The notes below the pieces were generated by a model, which had not been told where the DNA came from, did not search any database, and saw only the letters and a list, made by a program, of their open reading frames with translations. DNA of 64,000 bases, taken from the NCBI GenBank assembly GCA_004764695.1, contig SMSO01000031.1, positions 8,848,761 to 8,912,760 of the forward strand, written 5' to 3'. This document shows, piece by piece, positions 1 to 9,620 of the stretch; the first letter of the stretch is position 1; every line of letters begins with the position of its first letter. The translations under genes were made by a program, and so were the position numbers. The stretch comes from Schizochytrium sp. TIO01 (Eukaryota; Protista; Bigyra: Labyrinthulomycetes).

Positions 1-2
1 AA

Positions 3-635
3 GGAGGAACAGGCAGTGAAAGCGGAGTCCCTCGCACTGAAGACTTGGACGATTTAAAAGGTAAGGCCGTGGCCCACAGAGGGTTCATGGGACCCTCTGT
101 CTACAGTTTCGGCGGCTGGGAGCAAGATGAAAATGCAATACTAGCTCGAGTTATCGTCGTGAGGCCCTCCCCTCGTGCTGATCGATATATTGTGTACGCC
201 CAGGCGGTGAGGAGGTCGAGCTTTTGCGATTTTTTGCAAGATCTTGAACTCGCTCTTGAAAGTCGTGCAAATTCTGCTAAACTAGTTGCTAAGACTGCCT
301 CTGGAATCGATGATGATTGCGACTCTTCAGACCTACCAGATGTTGAAGATGTCATTGGGTCAGGGCCAGTTAACGCAGTCAAGTTCCATGGTGATATTAG
401 TGAGGCAAGGCTTCAGGCGCTAGTGGCCTCTCATCTGCTCCGAGGCGAACTTTCTCAAGGAGGCCGAGCTCACCGTAGCCTGCCTACCATGCCGCGGGCG
501 CTATGGTTGCTTGTGGCAGATATGCTGGAGCCCACAGCGATTCGCGCGGTTCTTGCAACATGCCGTATCTGTCGTACGTGGCGTCAAGACCGCGTTTTAC
601 GCCAAGCTCTCGCTGCACGTGCAGCTTCGACATAA
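3..635 (+). CDS. 3' part of a protein with a C-terminal F-box-like motif (5' end probably outside the window)
   Basis: The frame is open from base 3 to TAA at 635. The C-terminal SLPTMPRALWLLVADMLEPTAIRAVLATCRICRTW matches the F-box pattern LP..lw..I..~L....l..~..vCr.w. Confidence 0.6.
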   Translation, partial: GGTGSESGVPRTEDLDDLKGKAVAHRGFMGPSVYSFGGWEQDENAILARVIVVRPSPRADRYIVYAQAVRRSSFCDFLQDLELALESRANSAKLVAKTASGIDDDCDSSDLPDVEDVIGSGPVNAVKFHGDISEARLQALVASHLLRGELSQGGRAHRSLPTMPRALWLLVADMLEPTAIRAVLATCRICRTWRQDRVLRQALAARAAST

Positions 636-1670
636 TGCTCTGCTATACCAGTGCTAGCTTGATGCATGGAAGATTTCATCTCTTCGTGGTTTGCTCATGA
701 TCCCCTTCCCCTTCGCTGTTGGCTTATTGAATATAGCTGAGCGCTGAGCTAGCCTTTGGGGGCAAAGGAAACGCACTTCTCGCTGACTGGTCTTCTTCAC
801 TCACCAGCGTACTGGTGAAAACATTCAGAATTTTTCTTTCTGAGTACTATTCACATACTTGGTTTACATCACCCAGGTAGATGTGTTTAAGTGTAATCTA
901 TGACGCGTAGCATATTAGAGGATTAACAATTAATCGAAGCGGTACTTGCGAAGCTTGATTGTGAATGTCTTGATAAATCAAGCATTTTGATCCACAATAG
1001 CTCTGCAGGAAACAAGCGCTATTTTTGTTACATGTTTAATTCCTATGACTATAACTAATGAATAAATCAAATTTGGACAAATGATGAACCCATTATTATC
1101 TTATCTCTTAATGTTTTTAGAAGCCGGACTCCTCGACTTCTGTTGAAAATGAATTGCACTCTCTTTTTAATTGGTGTGCGTACACAAACCGAAAGATACT
1201 GAATTTCTAGTTTATAGCTGTATCCGATTTACGTAGGCAATACATAAATCTTATGAGTTATATTCCTGTAACTTGATCTTGACATCTTTAAATCAAATAA
1301 TTCTTGAAAAACCGCAGGTTTTCCCGGTGGTAGTTTGGCTCTTTTCTTCTTCTTTAAAGTCACTCTAATCGTAGAGCCCTTAGCGTGATTTCGCACCTAT
1401 CATCGCGTAAATTCTGCTCCTTCAGCGTTTTTGCCAAATTAAACTTCCCTCCGCCGCCTCCGAATACACTATTTGAGCCGCACCTTGAGACTACTTCATT
1501 GTACTATATATTCCAGCCTGTTCCGTTCCCACTCAATTATATAAAATCAAAAGAACACGAAGGAAGGTGAAGAACTTGAACTTCTGAAAGATAGACAACG
1601 CATCCAAACCTCAAGTCGCAAACCTTAAACTACAAAGTCCGAATCCCCGATCTGCAGAGTAGCCGCCGCA

Positions 1671-3428
1671 ATGCCATCTGCAGATTCCTCTACCTCCTCG
1701 GCGTCCTCAAACCCTAGCTCCTGGGCTCTCGTCGAGGCTTTGGGTGCCGAGTGTCGAGCTGTGGGCAGTCTTGGCTTTAGCCCTTCGGAATGGAATGCTC
1801 GCGCAACACAGTTTCTGCAGCACGTGCCACTTCATGAACTGCTTGGAATGCTAGAATCTTCGAGCAAGAGCGGCGACTGGTCCAGAGTAGACCTCGTTGC
1901 TGATGTCCTGAGGCACCTGCTGCGAGCGCCTGTTGCTCAGGCCCAGCTCTCTGACGCTGGTCTGGCGCCACGACTTGCTCAGGGCGTACGGCATCCACTC
2001 GAGAGTGTGCGCAGGCTTGCCGTGAGGCAGATCAGATCCCTTGGTGTCGCAACCTTTCGTGACAATGAATCTCGTAAAGCTTTAAGTTTGGCTCTTGCGA
2101 AATCCCTTCATGACGAGGATACCGGGATTGCAAGTGAGGCTTCGGAAGCACTTGCGGCACTCGCGACGGAGGATCTTGATGCTGCTCTCGAAGCTTTGCG
2201 CAAGGCCAATTCAAGCTCAGACTCTGGATCAGAAGACGATGGTGTGGCATCTGCTGAGGAGTCAGTAGCACAATTGAGGGAGCTCCACATTTGTGCAAGG
2301 ATTGCAGCGGCATCTAATGAGGCGTTGAAGAAGGTGGCAGAGAGCGGCCTCTTGCAACCTCTCTTGGATATAGTACGTGGGGATGACATTTTGGCTCAGA
2401 TGAATGCATTGATTCTTGTACCGTTAGTAGCTGCAACTGATGCTGGTCTGGAGATATTGCAGAATGCCAGGGTTGTGGATATTCTTGCAGGAATGGCAGG
2501 GCTTGGCGCTGACCAAGACCCCATCCTTGGTGACGAGGCCCTGAGAGTAATGTCACAACTTTCTGCGAGGTCTTTGGCAAAAGGAGACTCTGAAGCTGCC
2601 CAGGAGCTGGCAAATAGCTTTTTATTGGCAATGAGAGAGAGGCTGGATTCCATGCCGAGTCCAGGCTCACCGCTTGCGCTCGGTGCAATGGAAATGCTTG
2701 GCGCATTTGCCGGGGCACAACCGCCTAGGAGCATGCACGCCGTTGTGGAGCCCTGGCGCCAGGATATTTTGTTGCCATGGATGCAAATTGCAGCAGTGAG
2801 TGCAGATCCTGGTAAGTCTGCCGGTCCGGCCTCTATTGCCATGGCACTTCGTGGCGGTGCACTTTTGGAGAGATCAAATGCCACAGAAGTGAATTTGCGA
2901 TACCAAAGCGCCGATGATGTGGCTTTCACAGCACTTCTTGAGGAGAGCGCGGTAAAACCATCTGATGATGATAGAGCTGAGGCAGCTGAGCTTGGCCGGG
3001 ACCTCTTCCTTGAGTATGGCAAGGCGTTACGTGAGAGAACCCGAGTAGGCGTGCCGGATCCTCGAGCACCTGCTGATGTTGTAAGCTTGGTTGTGGATAA
3101 GCTAAGAGAGCCAATCGACGAGCAGCGGTGCGCAGTTTTTGCTTTATTGCGTATTGTGGCATTGCAGGCCAAACCATGGGGTCTCCGTGCTATTTATGGC
3201 GCTGGAGCTGAAGTCGAACGTCAATTTCTTGATCGATCTTTGGCCATGTCAAAGGAAGCCAAGGAGTGGAGATTTGCTTTTCTTGAGGCTGTTCATGCAA
3301 GCCCATTTCGCGACGAGGTTCTTGGTGAGTCTCGTCTCAACATGCTTCGGGACTTTTTGCGACGCGGGCCGTTCCGCGGACCATCTTCGGCACCTGTTCC
3401 AGAGATCAGTCTTGGAGAGGCTGCTTAG
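1671..3428 (+). CDS. PSMD5: 26S proteasome regulatory particle assembly chaperone, PSMD5/S5b/Hsm3-like (ARM/HEAT repeats)
   Basis: 585-aa single-exon ORF with helical HEAT-like repeats, a DDILAQMNAL segment, and a C-terminal SKEAKEWRF...LRDFLRRGPF resembling the PSMD5 family terminus. Confidence 0.7.
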   Translation: MPSADSSTSSASSNPSSWALVEALGAECRAVGSLGFSPSEWNARATQFLQHVPLHELLGMLESSSKSGDWSRVDLVADVLRHLLRAPVAQAQLSDAGLAPRLAQGVRHPLESVRRLAVRQIRSLGVATFRDNESRKALSLALAKSLHDEDTGIASEASEALAALATEDLDAALEALRKANSSSDSGSEDDGVASAEESVAQLRELHICARIAAASNEALKKVAESGLLQPLLDIVRGDDILAQMNALILVPLVAATDAGLEILQNARVVDILAGMAGLGADQDPILGDEALRVMSQLSARSLAKGDSEAAQELANSFLLAMRERLDSMPSPGSPLALGAMEMLGAFAGAQPPRSMHAVVEPWRQDILLPWMQIAAVSADPGKSAGPASIAMALRGGALLERSNATEVNLRYQSADDVAFTALLEESAVKPSDDDRAEAAELGRDLFLEYGKALRERTRVGVPDPRAPADVVSLVVDKLREPIDEQRCAVFALLRIVALQAKPWGLRAIYGAGAEVERQFLDRSLAMSKEAKEWRFAFLEAVHASPFRDEVLGESRLNMLRDFLRRGPFRGPSSAPVPEISLGEAA

Positions 3429-3739
3429 AATGGTGTTCCACTGATGTTGCCCATGTAATAAATACCTTGTGTGGACCCACTTTAGCATGAGTTATCAAGT
3501 GACATAGTATAATAATTGCAATCCATTTGATACGTTGAGGAGAAAGATATACCTACTTTTCTCAGCTCAAGATAAATAAACAAATTAAATAATTAAATAT
3601 ACTCGGATGGGGCAACCTCACAACCTGAAGTACACGTATTTGTTTCAAATACAAGTCTAAGAAGAAGTTATTGTATAGAAGCGAAAGTAGGTCTTAGACA
3701 ACGACGGGTTCACCTGGCGGTGCGACCTGAATGAGAATA

Positions 3740-5509
3740 GACGAGGCGGAGTCATCACTTGCTTTAAGTCAGAAAGGCTAGTAAAATCACAGTTCTGTGT
3801 GGCATAGGTTGAGTGAGTCACCAATATTCTGAAAGCGGTTCTTGTGAAGGAGATACTTGCGGTTCTCTTTAACATTGAGAGTACGAAATGGGCGAAGGGA
3901 ACTTATCTGGCGCGTGCTTGATATTTGTTACGGCAGGTACGGTCCAGAGCTTGGTATTTACTATGGGCGCTTCGTAGGAATCTTCGAGGTATCGCAGGAG
4001 GTCTTTATTGGTAGGTACAATGAACTGTGTGAAAGAGAAGAGGTTAGTGATGTAAAGTATAAGTTGGTTTCGTTTTTGCTTGGTATCTAGAGTCACAACA
4101 TAATGTGTTCAAATAATATTACAAGAACTTAGGCCTGAGTTTATTCAATCTGGGTCTCCAGTTGATGGTTTGCAGAATTCCCCTACGGGTTCAACCTGTG
4201 AAATTCATCATGATGGCGGAGGAGAATATTGACATGCCTATTAATAAGTATGCAGATCTAGAGATTGAGGATGACACTTGGGGCCAACATAGCCTAGATT
4301 GTCGTTGCAAGTCCATTAAATTTATTCAAGTTGCACATAAAAGGTTTTTTGTGTGAAGATTGGAGATGCTCGTGAACGGTTTGATAGAATTAACAAGAAA
4401 GCTTGTTAGTGGTGGCCTTCGTGGAGACTGGAGCATGCTAAGCAGTATGATAAGGACTAGTTTTATGCTAGAGATGCTCGACGTGGCATCCTGCAAAGAT
4501 GTTTCGTGAAATGCAAAATATTAGTCTGTCCGCATTGCGATAGCCCAATTGACCATCAAACTGGTGAATGACTTGACATCAAAGCCACTGCCCCCAGCAT
4601 CGTCCAGAAAATTATGCGTAATTAAATCTCTCTTGCGAAAGAGTGATCAAAGTTTGGAGAGAAGAAGATCTACTAAAGATACCGTGACAAATATATACGA
4701 ATATCGGTCTTATGTGCCTCCTATCAGAGACAGCAACATGTTGCCCGCTGAGAAAACTTTTAGGAATGGCAATGTAGTGACGCTAAAGAAGATGGCTGGC
4801 ATGCTTCATACAAGTGACCTTTTGCCAATTTCTTTGCCAGAATTTCCTCAGAAACGTACTCAAGGATGTGTCAAGTCTGATATTCAGTTGGAACTCCGGC
4901 TTGATCATGCAATGATAAACTCGAGCTCAGGATCTTTACAACGTGTGTCTCAAACTCTCTCATGAATCTTTTCTTGCAGATGCTTCAAGAGAAACAGGTG
5001 AGTGTTGAGGAACGTCGTCGCGAGACAGTTTTCTTGATATCTTTTCGCACCAACATCAACGAGGACTTGAACATAGACTTGAAGAAAATTTCCAAGAATT
5101 CTCTCGAGCAACGTGAATTTGCCAAATTCAAGAAGAGTAATCCATCGCCCACTCTGCTGTTCCCTCATATGTAAAGAGAATCATGATGTCCCCTTTAGCA
5201 AGCCGTTGGACCTTGGTGATGCTGTGTTATAAAGATAAAACTCTCTATACATATGACCCTCTCAAAAAACGGGATGATGGTTGTCATGACGAAAGGATTG
5301 AGAGCATTCTCTGACAGCTCGAGTTGGACGAATCTAACTGGTCAGTCAAGAGATTCTCTGGTCATCAAGAGAATGGCTACGGCTGCGGAGTGTATATTAT
5401 GGCTGTAGTCAATGGTCTTTTGCATGGGGAAATCGATATTACAGCGCTTGCAGAGAGTATTATGCCACCCTATGGAAATGCTGACCTGATGGAACATCAG
5501 AGGTTGTAG
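3740..5509 (+). mobile_element. Decayed MULE/Mutator-like transposon relic (transposase-like, SWIM-like and Ulp1 protease fragments)
   Basis: Fragmented + strand ORFs in the order typical of MULEs: TYLARA*YLLRQVR (~3900, weakly like the 'LCxWHLxxN' motif), DCRCKSIKFIQVAH (~4300, weakly SWIM-like), and a clear Ulp1 fragment at 5201-5509. Boundaries are approximate. Confidence 0.4.
5140..5509 (+). pseudogene. Ulp1/SENP-like (peptidase C48) pseudogene fragment
   Basis: LLFP, then a frameshift, then SRWTLVMLCYKDKTLYTYDPL...(TGA 5312-5314)...HQENGYGCGVYIM. This matches the C48 motifs HW.L / YDSL / Q.NG.DCGV. The catalytic His appears as Arg (CGT) and there is an in-frame stop. Confidence 0.7.
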
Positions 5510-5862
5510 TTTGCGACTTTGCTGACATACTTCTGGACACAATCGATTTTACGCTTGCGAAAGCTTCTTCGACATGAGAGGAGCTTTTAAGCTCTTTCAT
5601 CCTTGACTTCAAGCCTCAATAATTCGAGAAAGGGGTTGTTGCGATTGTTCAAGAACCCTCTCCGGCTGTTGACGATTCCTTTGACACTATGTTAGAGAGT
5701 TCTATCAACCTATTTTGAAATTCGAAGGCTTCCAAACGCGTCTCCTCATAACGCTTACTAACGTTCTCTTCAAGTCCACCTTAGCACCTTAAAACTTCCT
5801 TAAATTATAAACCACTTTTCATGTTCTTCCAAGTTCCTTGATTAGAGATAATATGGATGTAG

Positions 5863-6384
5863 AGACCAGGGTGGTCTACTCTGGAACGAAACGGTCAAAT
5901 GCTACATAGAACCTTAACTTATCAGAGCAGGTGTAGAGTATGTACGAAGCTTTGAGAATTGTATAATGACCAAATACATCAAAATATTATCTCGGAAGTT
6001 AGCATTGACATTTATATGCCAAGACAGTTCAATCAATAATATTCTTTTCTTGAGCAGTTAAAGTTAAGAACAGAGCGTGATGGAACTTAGTGAAGGAGAG
6101 GTTCATTTAGCATTCAACCGTTTCGACCAAAATACCCGAAATGAACCTCTCCTTCACTAAGTTCCATCACGCTCTGTTCTTAACTTAAACTGCTCAAGAA
6201 AAGAATATTATTGATTGAACTGTCTTGGCATATAAATATCAATGCTAACTTCCGAGATAATATTTTGATGTATTTGATCAGTATACAATTCTCAAAGCTT
6301 CATACATACTCTACACCTGCTCTGATAAGTTAAAGTTCTATGTAGCATTTGACCGTTTCGTTCCAGAGTAGACCACCCTGGTCT
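5863..6384. repeat. Long inverted repeat (foldback): 246-bp arms, 30-bp spacer
   Basis: 5863-6108 is the reverse complement of 6139-6384 with 6 mismatches counted by eye. No clear target-site duplication. Confidence 0.97.
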
Positions 6385-7149
6385 TTTGACGATTCAAGTT
6401 AAGTGTGACTAACTGCTATATGACTTTAAGACCCCCCCTCCTATATCGTTAGAGATTGTTTCGTAGAGGTTTTTCTCTCAAAGACCAGCAGTGAAGCGCT
6501 AAGTATGCGCGTCAGATAATCTTAATTAATTTATGCTCCTATCTAAAATTTCATGAGCTCCAGACAACTGTTAGGTCCTTCCTTGATCAGAAAGCATCTC
6601 CGAAGGAATGCTTAGCTATTGTAACGACGTTTCCAACGTTTGTAGTAACGCATTCGGATGGTTGAGATAGTGGGATAGAGTTGACGACGCGGAATGCAGA
6701 CTTAATCGGGTGCACACTTCTCTTCCATTTTTTTTTCATTGGACACCTTGCATTTCATTACATTCCACTGCATTCCATTCTGCACCAAAATCTTCAAGTC
6801 CCAGATTCTCTAGTTTGCGATGGGTGGTCAAAGAAAAGAAAAGAATGTTATAGGCCTCTAGAACTCTGCACAAGAGTTTCTTCTTTTGGTTCGAGCGAAG
6901 GTCTTACTCGCGGCAAGGAAGTCGAGGCGAGATAGGCATATAGGTGTAGTTGGAATCAAAGCTTGGGCTTAGACAACTGTTTGCCACCTACAAAGTAATG
7001 AAGCATTAATAAGCTTCAAACAGGAAGATCTTCCTTTCGAATGAGCAGCATTGATTCTTTACAGCAGCAAAACCCTAATACATCGATTGCTTGCCGCATA
7101 GGCGAGCTAGGTGCAGGTAGGCGCAGGGCGCCACAAAGGCAGGCGAGAG

Positions 7150-8919
7150 ATGATGAAAAGTTTCAATAATGCGAGTGCGGTGATTGCTGCCCTGTCAATG
7201 CTCTCTTTGATGACGATTTATTTCCTAGCCTCAGGACATAGCGCACCGATGAGAATCCACATGAGGGAATCCTCCAATGTTGCAGACCATTCAGGGCCAT
7301 GGACACTGAAGTTAAACTCTGTTAATGTGGATGGGGAAGGTGAACAAAAGCCACTGCACTTGAGGCCGTCCCCACTTGATCAAAATAACAATTACAATCA
7401 CGATGGTGATGTTAGCGATGAGGTCAGCGATGATAAGGAATGGACCGAAGAAGTTGCAGAGGAATTGCCAGAACCATCTCTTAATAGCGTCGACGAAGAA
7501 CAAGATCAAGATCTCCTACATAAATTCGCTCCGCCGCAATCTCGAGAGATTGCATTGGAGATGCTTACAAGCCTCGAGCAGGACTCTCAAGAAGGTCGGT
7601 CCTTTGGGCTAGGTCCTGCACACAAAAAACTCAAGCGGATCATATCGCACGCAGTCCATGGTCGTGCTGTGAAAGTCACAGCCGTAGGTGGGAGCGTGTC
7701 AGCCGGCGGTGGAAATGTCCCGGAAGACCAGAGATACTTTGGAAACTACGTCAAATGGCTAAAAAATATTGCACCCGATGCTGACCAAATTACTCTCGTG
7801 AACTCTGCTCAAGGTGGTGAAAACTCTATGTACGGTGCCCTCTTGTTTTCAGCTATTATTCCAGCTGACACGGATATTCTCTTCTGGGAGTTTGCCCCAA
7901 ACGATAGGAGTATTTCGAACGGTAAAAGATGCTGCGACGAAACCGATATGCTCTTTATCCAAGACCTCTTTCTTCGCCGTGTTGCTGCCATGCCAAATCC
8001 TCCTGTGGTTATCCTCGTTTACACTTGGTCAATTCCCTCACACGAAAGCAAGAAAAGCATGATTAAGGACATGTCGCTTCAATCTACAAAAGCCCATGCC
8101 ATGAACTTTCCTCTCGTTGGCGGCTACGTTAGCCTTGTGGAAAAACTCCATCGAGATGCGTCACTTCCCCATTTCGTACAGGATGTGAGAAAGGCCGTGT
8201 TTGCCGATAAGGCTCATCCTAACGAAATTGGCCACGCTATCATGGGAAATCTTCTCATCCAACTTACGAATGCTGCTTATCGCTCTGATGCAGGCGAAAT
8301 GAGGTTGCAAATCGACGAGTCCTCTTACCCTGCGCCGAAGTGGCCTTGCGGAGAATACGGTAGCTTTATTGAAAACACCTTGATGAATATGCGCACTTCG
8401 ACCGCCTGGACGTCCTTAAAACCTTCTCTGGAGGATCAACAGCTTCCTCTCAGCCACTTCAGTGCCAACCAAGATAAAATCAGCTCTGTGGAAGGCAAGC
8501 TCAAGACTGTTCTCTTCGGTAAGACCAGCCCTATCCGCAAAGATCGCAAACTCTTTCTAGAGCTACCTTGCTGCAGTAGAGAAGAATTCCTTCGCTTCGA
8601 CTTCTCATCCCTCCCGAGTCAGAGCGCTCTTCACTTTGCAGTCGAAGAGACTAGAAGCACTGCAGTTTTTCTTTCCTCGACACCAAAGCTTAAATTTGAT
8701 AACGCTAAGAGGGAACCTGTAGAGGATGCAATGTCATGGAAAACCTCGTGCGTTGTACGCAATTTCCCTAATAACGAGTTCCGGGCATGGGTGGACTTGG
8801 AGAACTCCCAAATCAAAAACCCAAAGTATGCTTTCTTGTGTAATACCCGCTGTAGCACCTTTAATACTGTGCGATGGTTTTCAGTGATTGAAAGAAATAA
8901 TTTAAGCACCCATGAATAA
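7150..8919 (+). CDS. SGNH/GDSL-type hydrolase, type II membrane anchored, paralog 1
   Basis: First ATG at 7150. N-terminal TM (AVIAALSMLSLMTIYFLA), acidic stem, then GGSVSAG (block I), AQGG (II), WEFAPND (III) and DKAHPN (V). Confidence 0.8.
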   Translation: MMKSFNNASAVIAALSMLSLMTIYFLASGHSAPMRIHMRESSNVADHSGPWTLKLNSVNVDGEGEQKPLHLRPSPLDQNNNYNHDGDVSDEVSDDKEWTEEVAEELPEPSLNSVDEEQDQDLLHKFAPPQSREIALEMLTSLEQDSQEGRSFGLGPAHKKLKRIISHAVHGRAVKVTAVGGSVSAGGGNVPEDQRYFGNYVKWLKNIAPDADQITLVNSAQGGENSMYGALLFSAIIPADTDILFWEFAPNDRSISNGKRCCDETDMLFIQDLFLRRVAAMPNPPVVILVYTWSIPSHESKKSMIKDMSLQSTKAHAMNFPLVGGYVSLVEKLHRDASLPHFVQDVRKAVFADKAHPNEIGHAIMGNLLIQLTNAAYRSDAGEMRLQIDESSYPAPKWPCGEYGSFIENTLMNMRTSTAWTSLKPSLEDQQLPLSHFSANQDKISSVEGKLKTVLFGKTSPIRKDRKLFLELPCCSREEFLRFDFSSLPSQSALHFAVEETRSTAVFLSSTPKLKFDNAKREPVEDAMSWKTSCVVRNFPNNEFRAWVDLENSQIKNPKYAFLCNTRCSTFNTVRWFSVIERNNLSTHE

Positions 8920-9415
8920 AAATTAAAATTAGTCTAATAAGAACAGTGTTTCTGGCTAGGTATTCGACAAGATAATATTCTAAAGGGTATTCGTTGAAGG
9001 ACTTTATTTGCAATTTTATTATCCAAAATTGCCTAGCCACTTTTATTTTGATCCCTTACAAAGTAACAAATTCTAAACATATATTCAATTGGTTTTGAAT
9101 TGAAAATCAAGCCTGATGGAAGGATCCTTCGAAGTAATTTTTCATATCAGAGCATCGTGTTTCAAGATTAAGTGGTTCCCTACGCTCCAAACTTACAAGG
9201 CACAGGAGTAAGCGCTTTCGACAAGCTCTTCCATCTTCGGCCCTGGTCCCGATCTCACTATTCATTGGCTATTCCTTAAAGTAGGAAAACTCAAGTCAAA
9301 GCATCTTGGTCTGACCTTGATACTCTTAGTGACCTTGTGACTGTGGAATAAATACCATACGTATCAGGCACGTGACTTTGTCCAGAAATAGCTTTTTAGT
9401 ACACTTTCCAATTTA

Positions 9416-9446
9416 AGACGTAGTACTTTTCAAAAGTACTACATCT
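9416..9446. promoter_or_regulatory. Palindrome upstream of SGNH paralog 2
   Basis: GTAGTACTTTT-C-AAAAGTACTAC at 9420-9442 has perfect 11-bp arms, extendable by 3 bp past one mismatch. It lies about 180 bp before the ATG. Confidence 0.4.
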
Positions 9447-9620
9447 AAGCTCCTTACCACTCCGCCCATGTAGGTACCCTAGTATATCTTAAAATTTGCT
9501 CCTAGTACTACAACTATCTTCAGACAGAATCATAGCAACTGATCAAACTGACCAAACCAGCTTTCCAGGAGCCTAGGCACCAGTGACAGACAAGCCAAGA
9601 CCCATGGCCGATAGCTCGTC

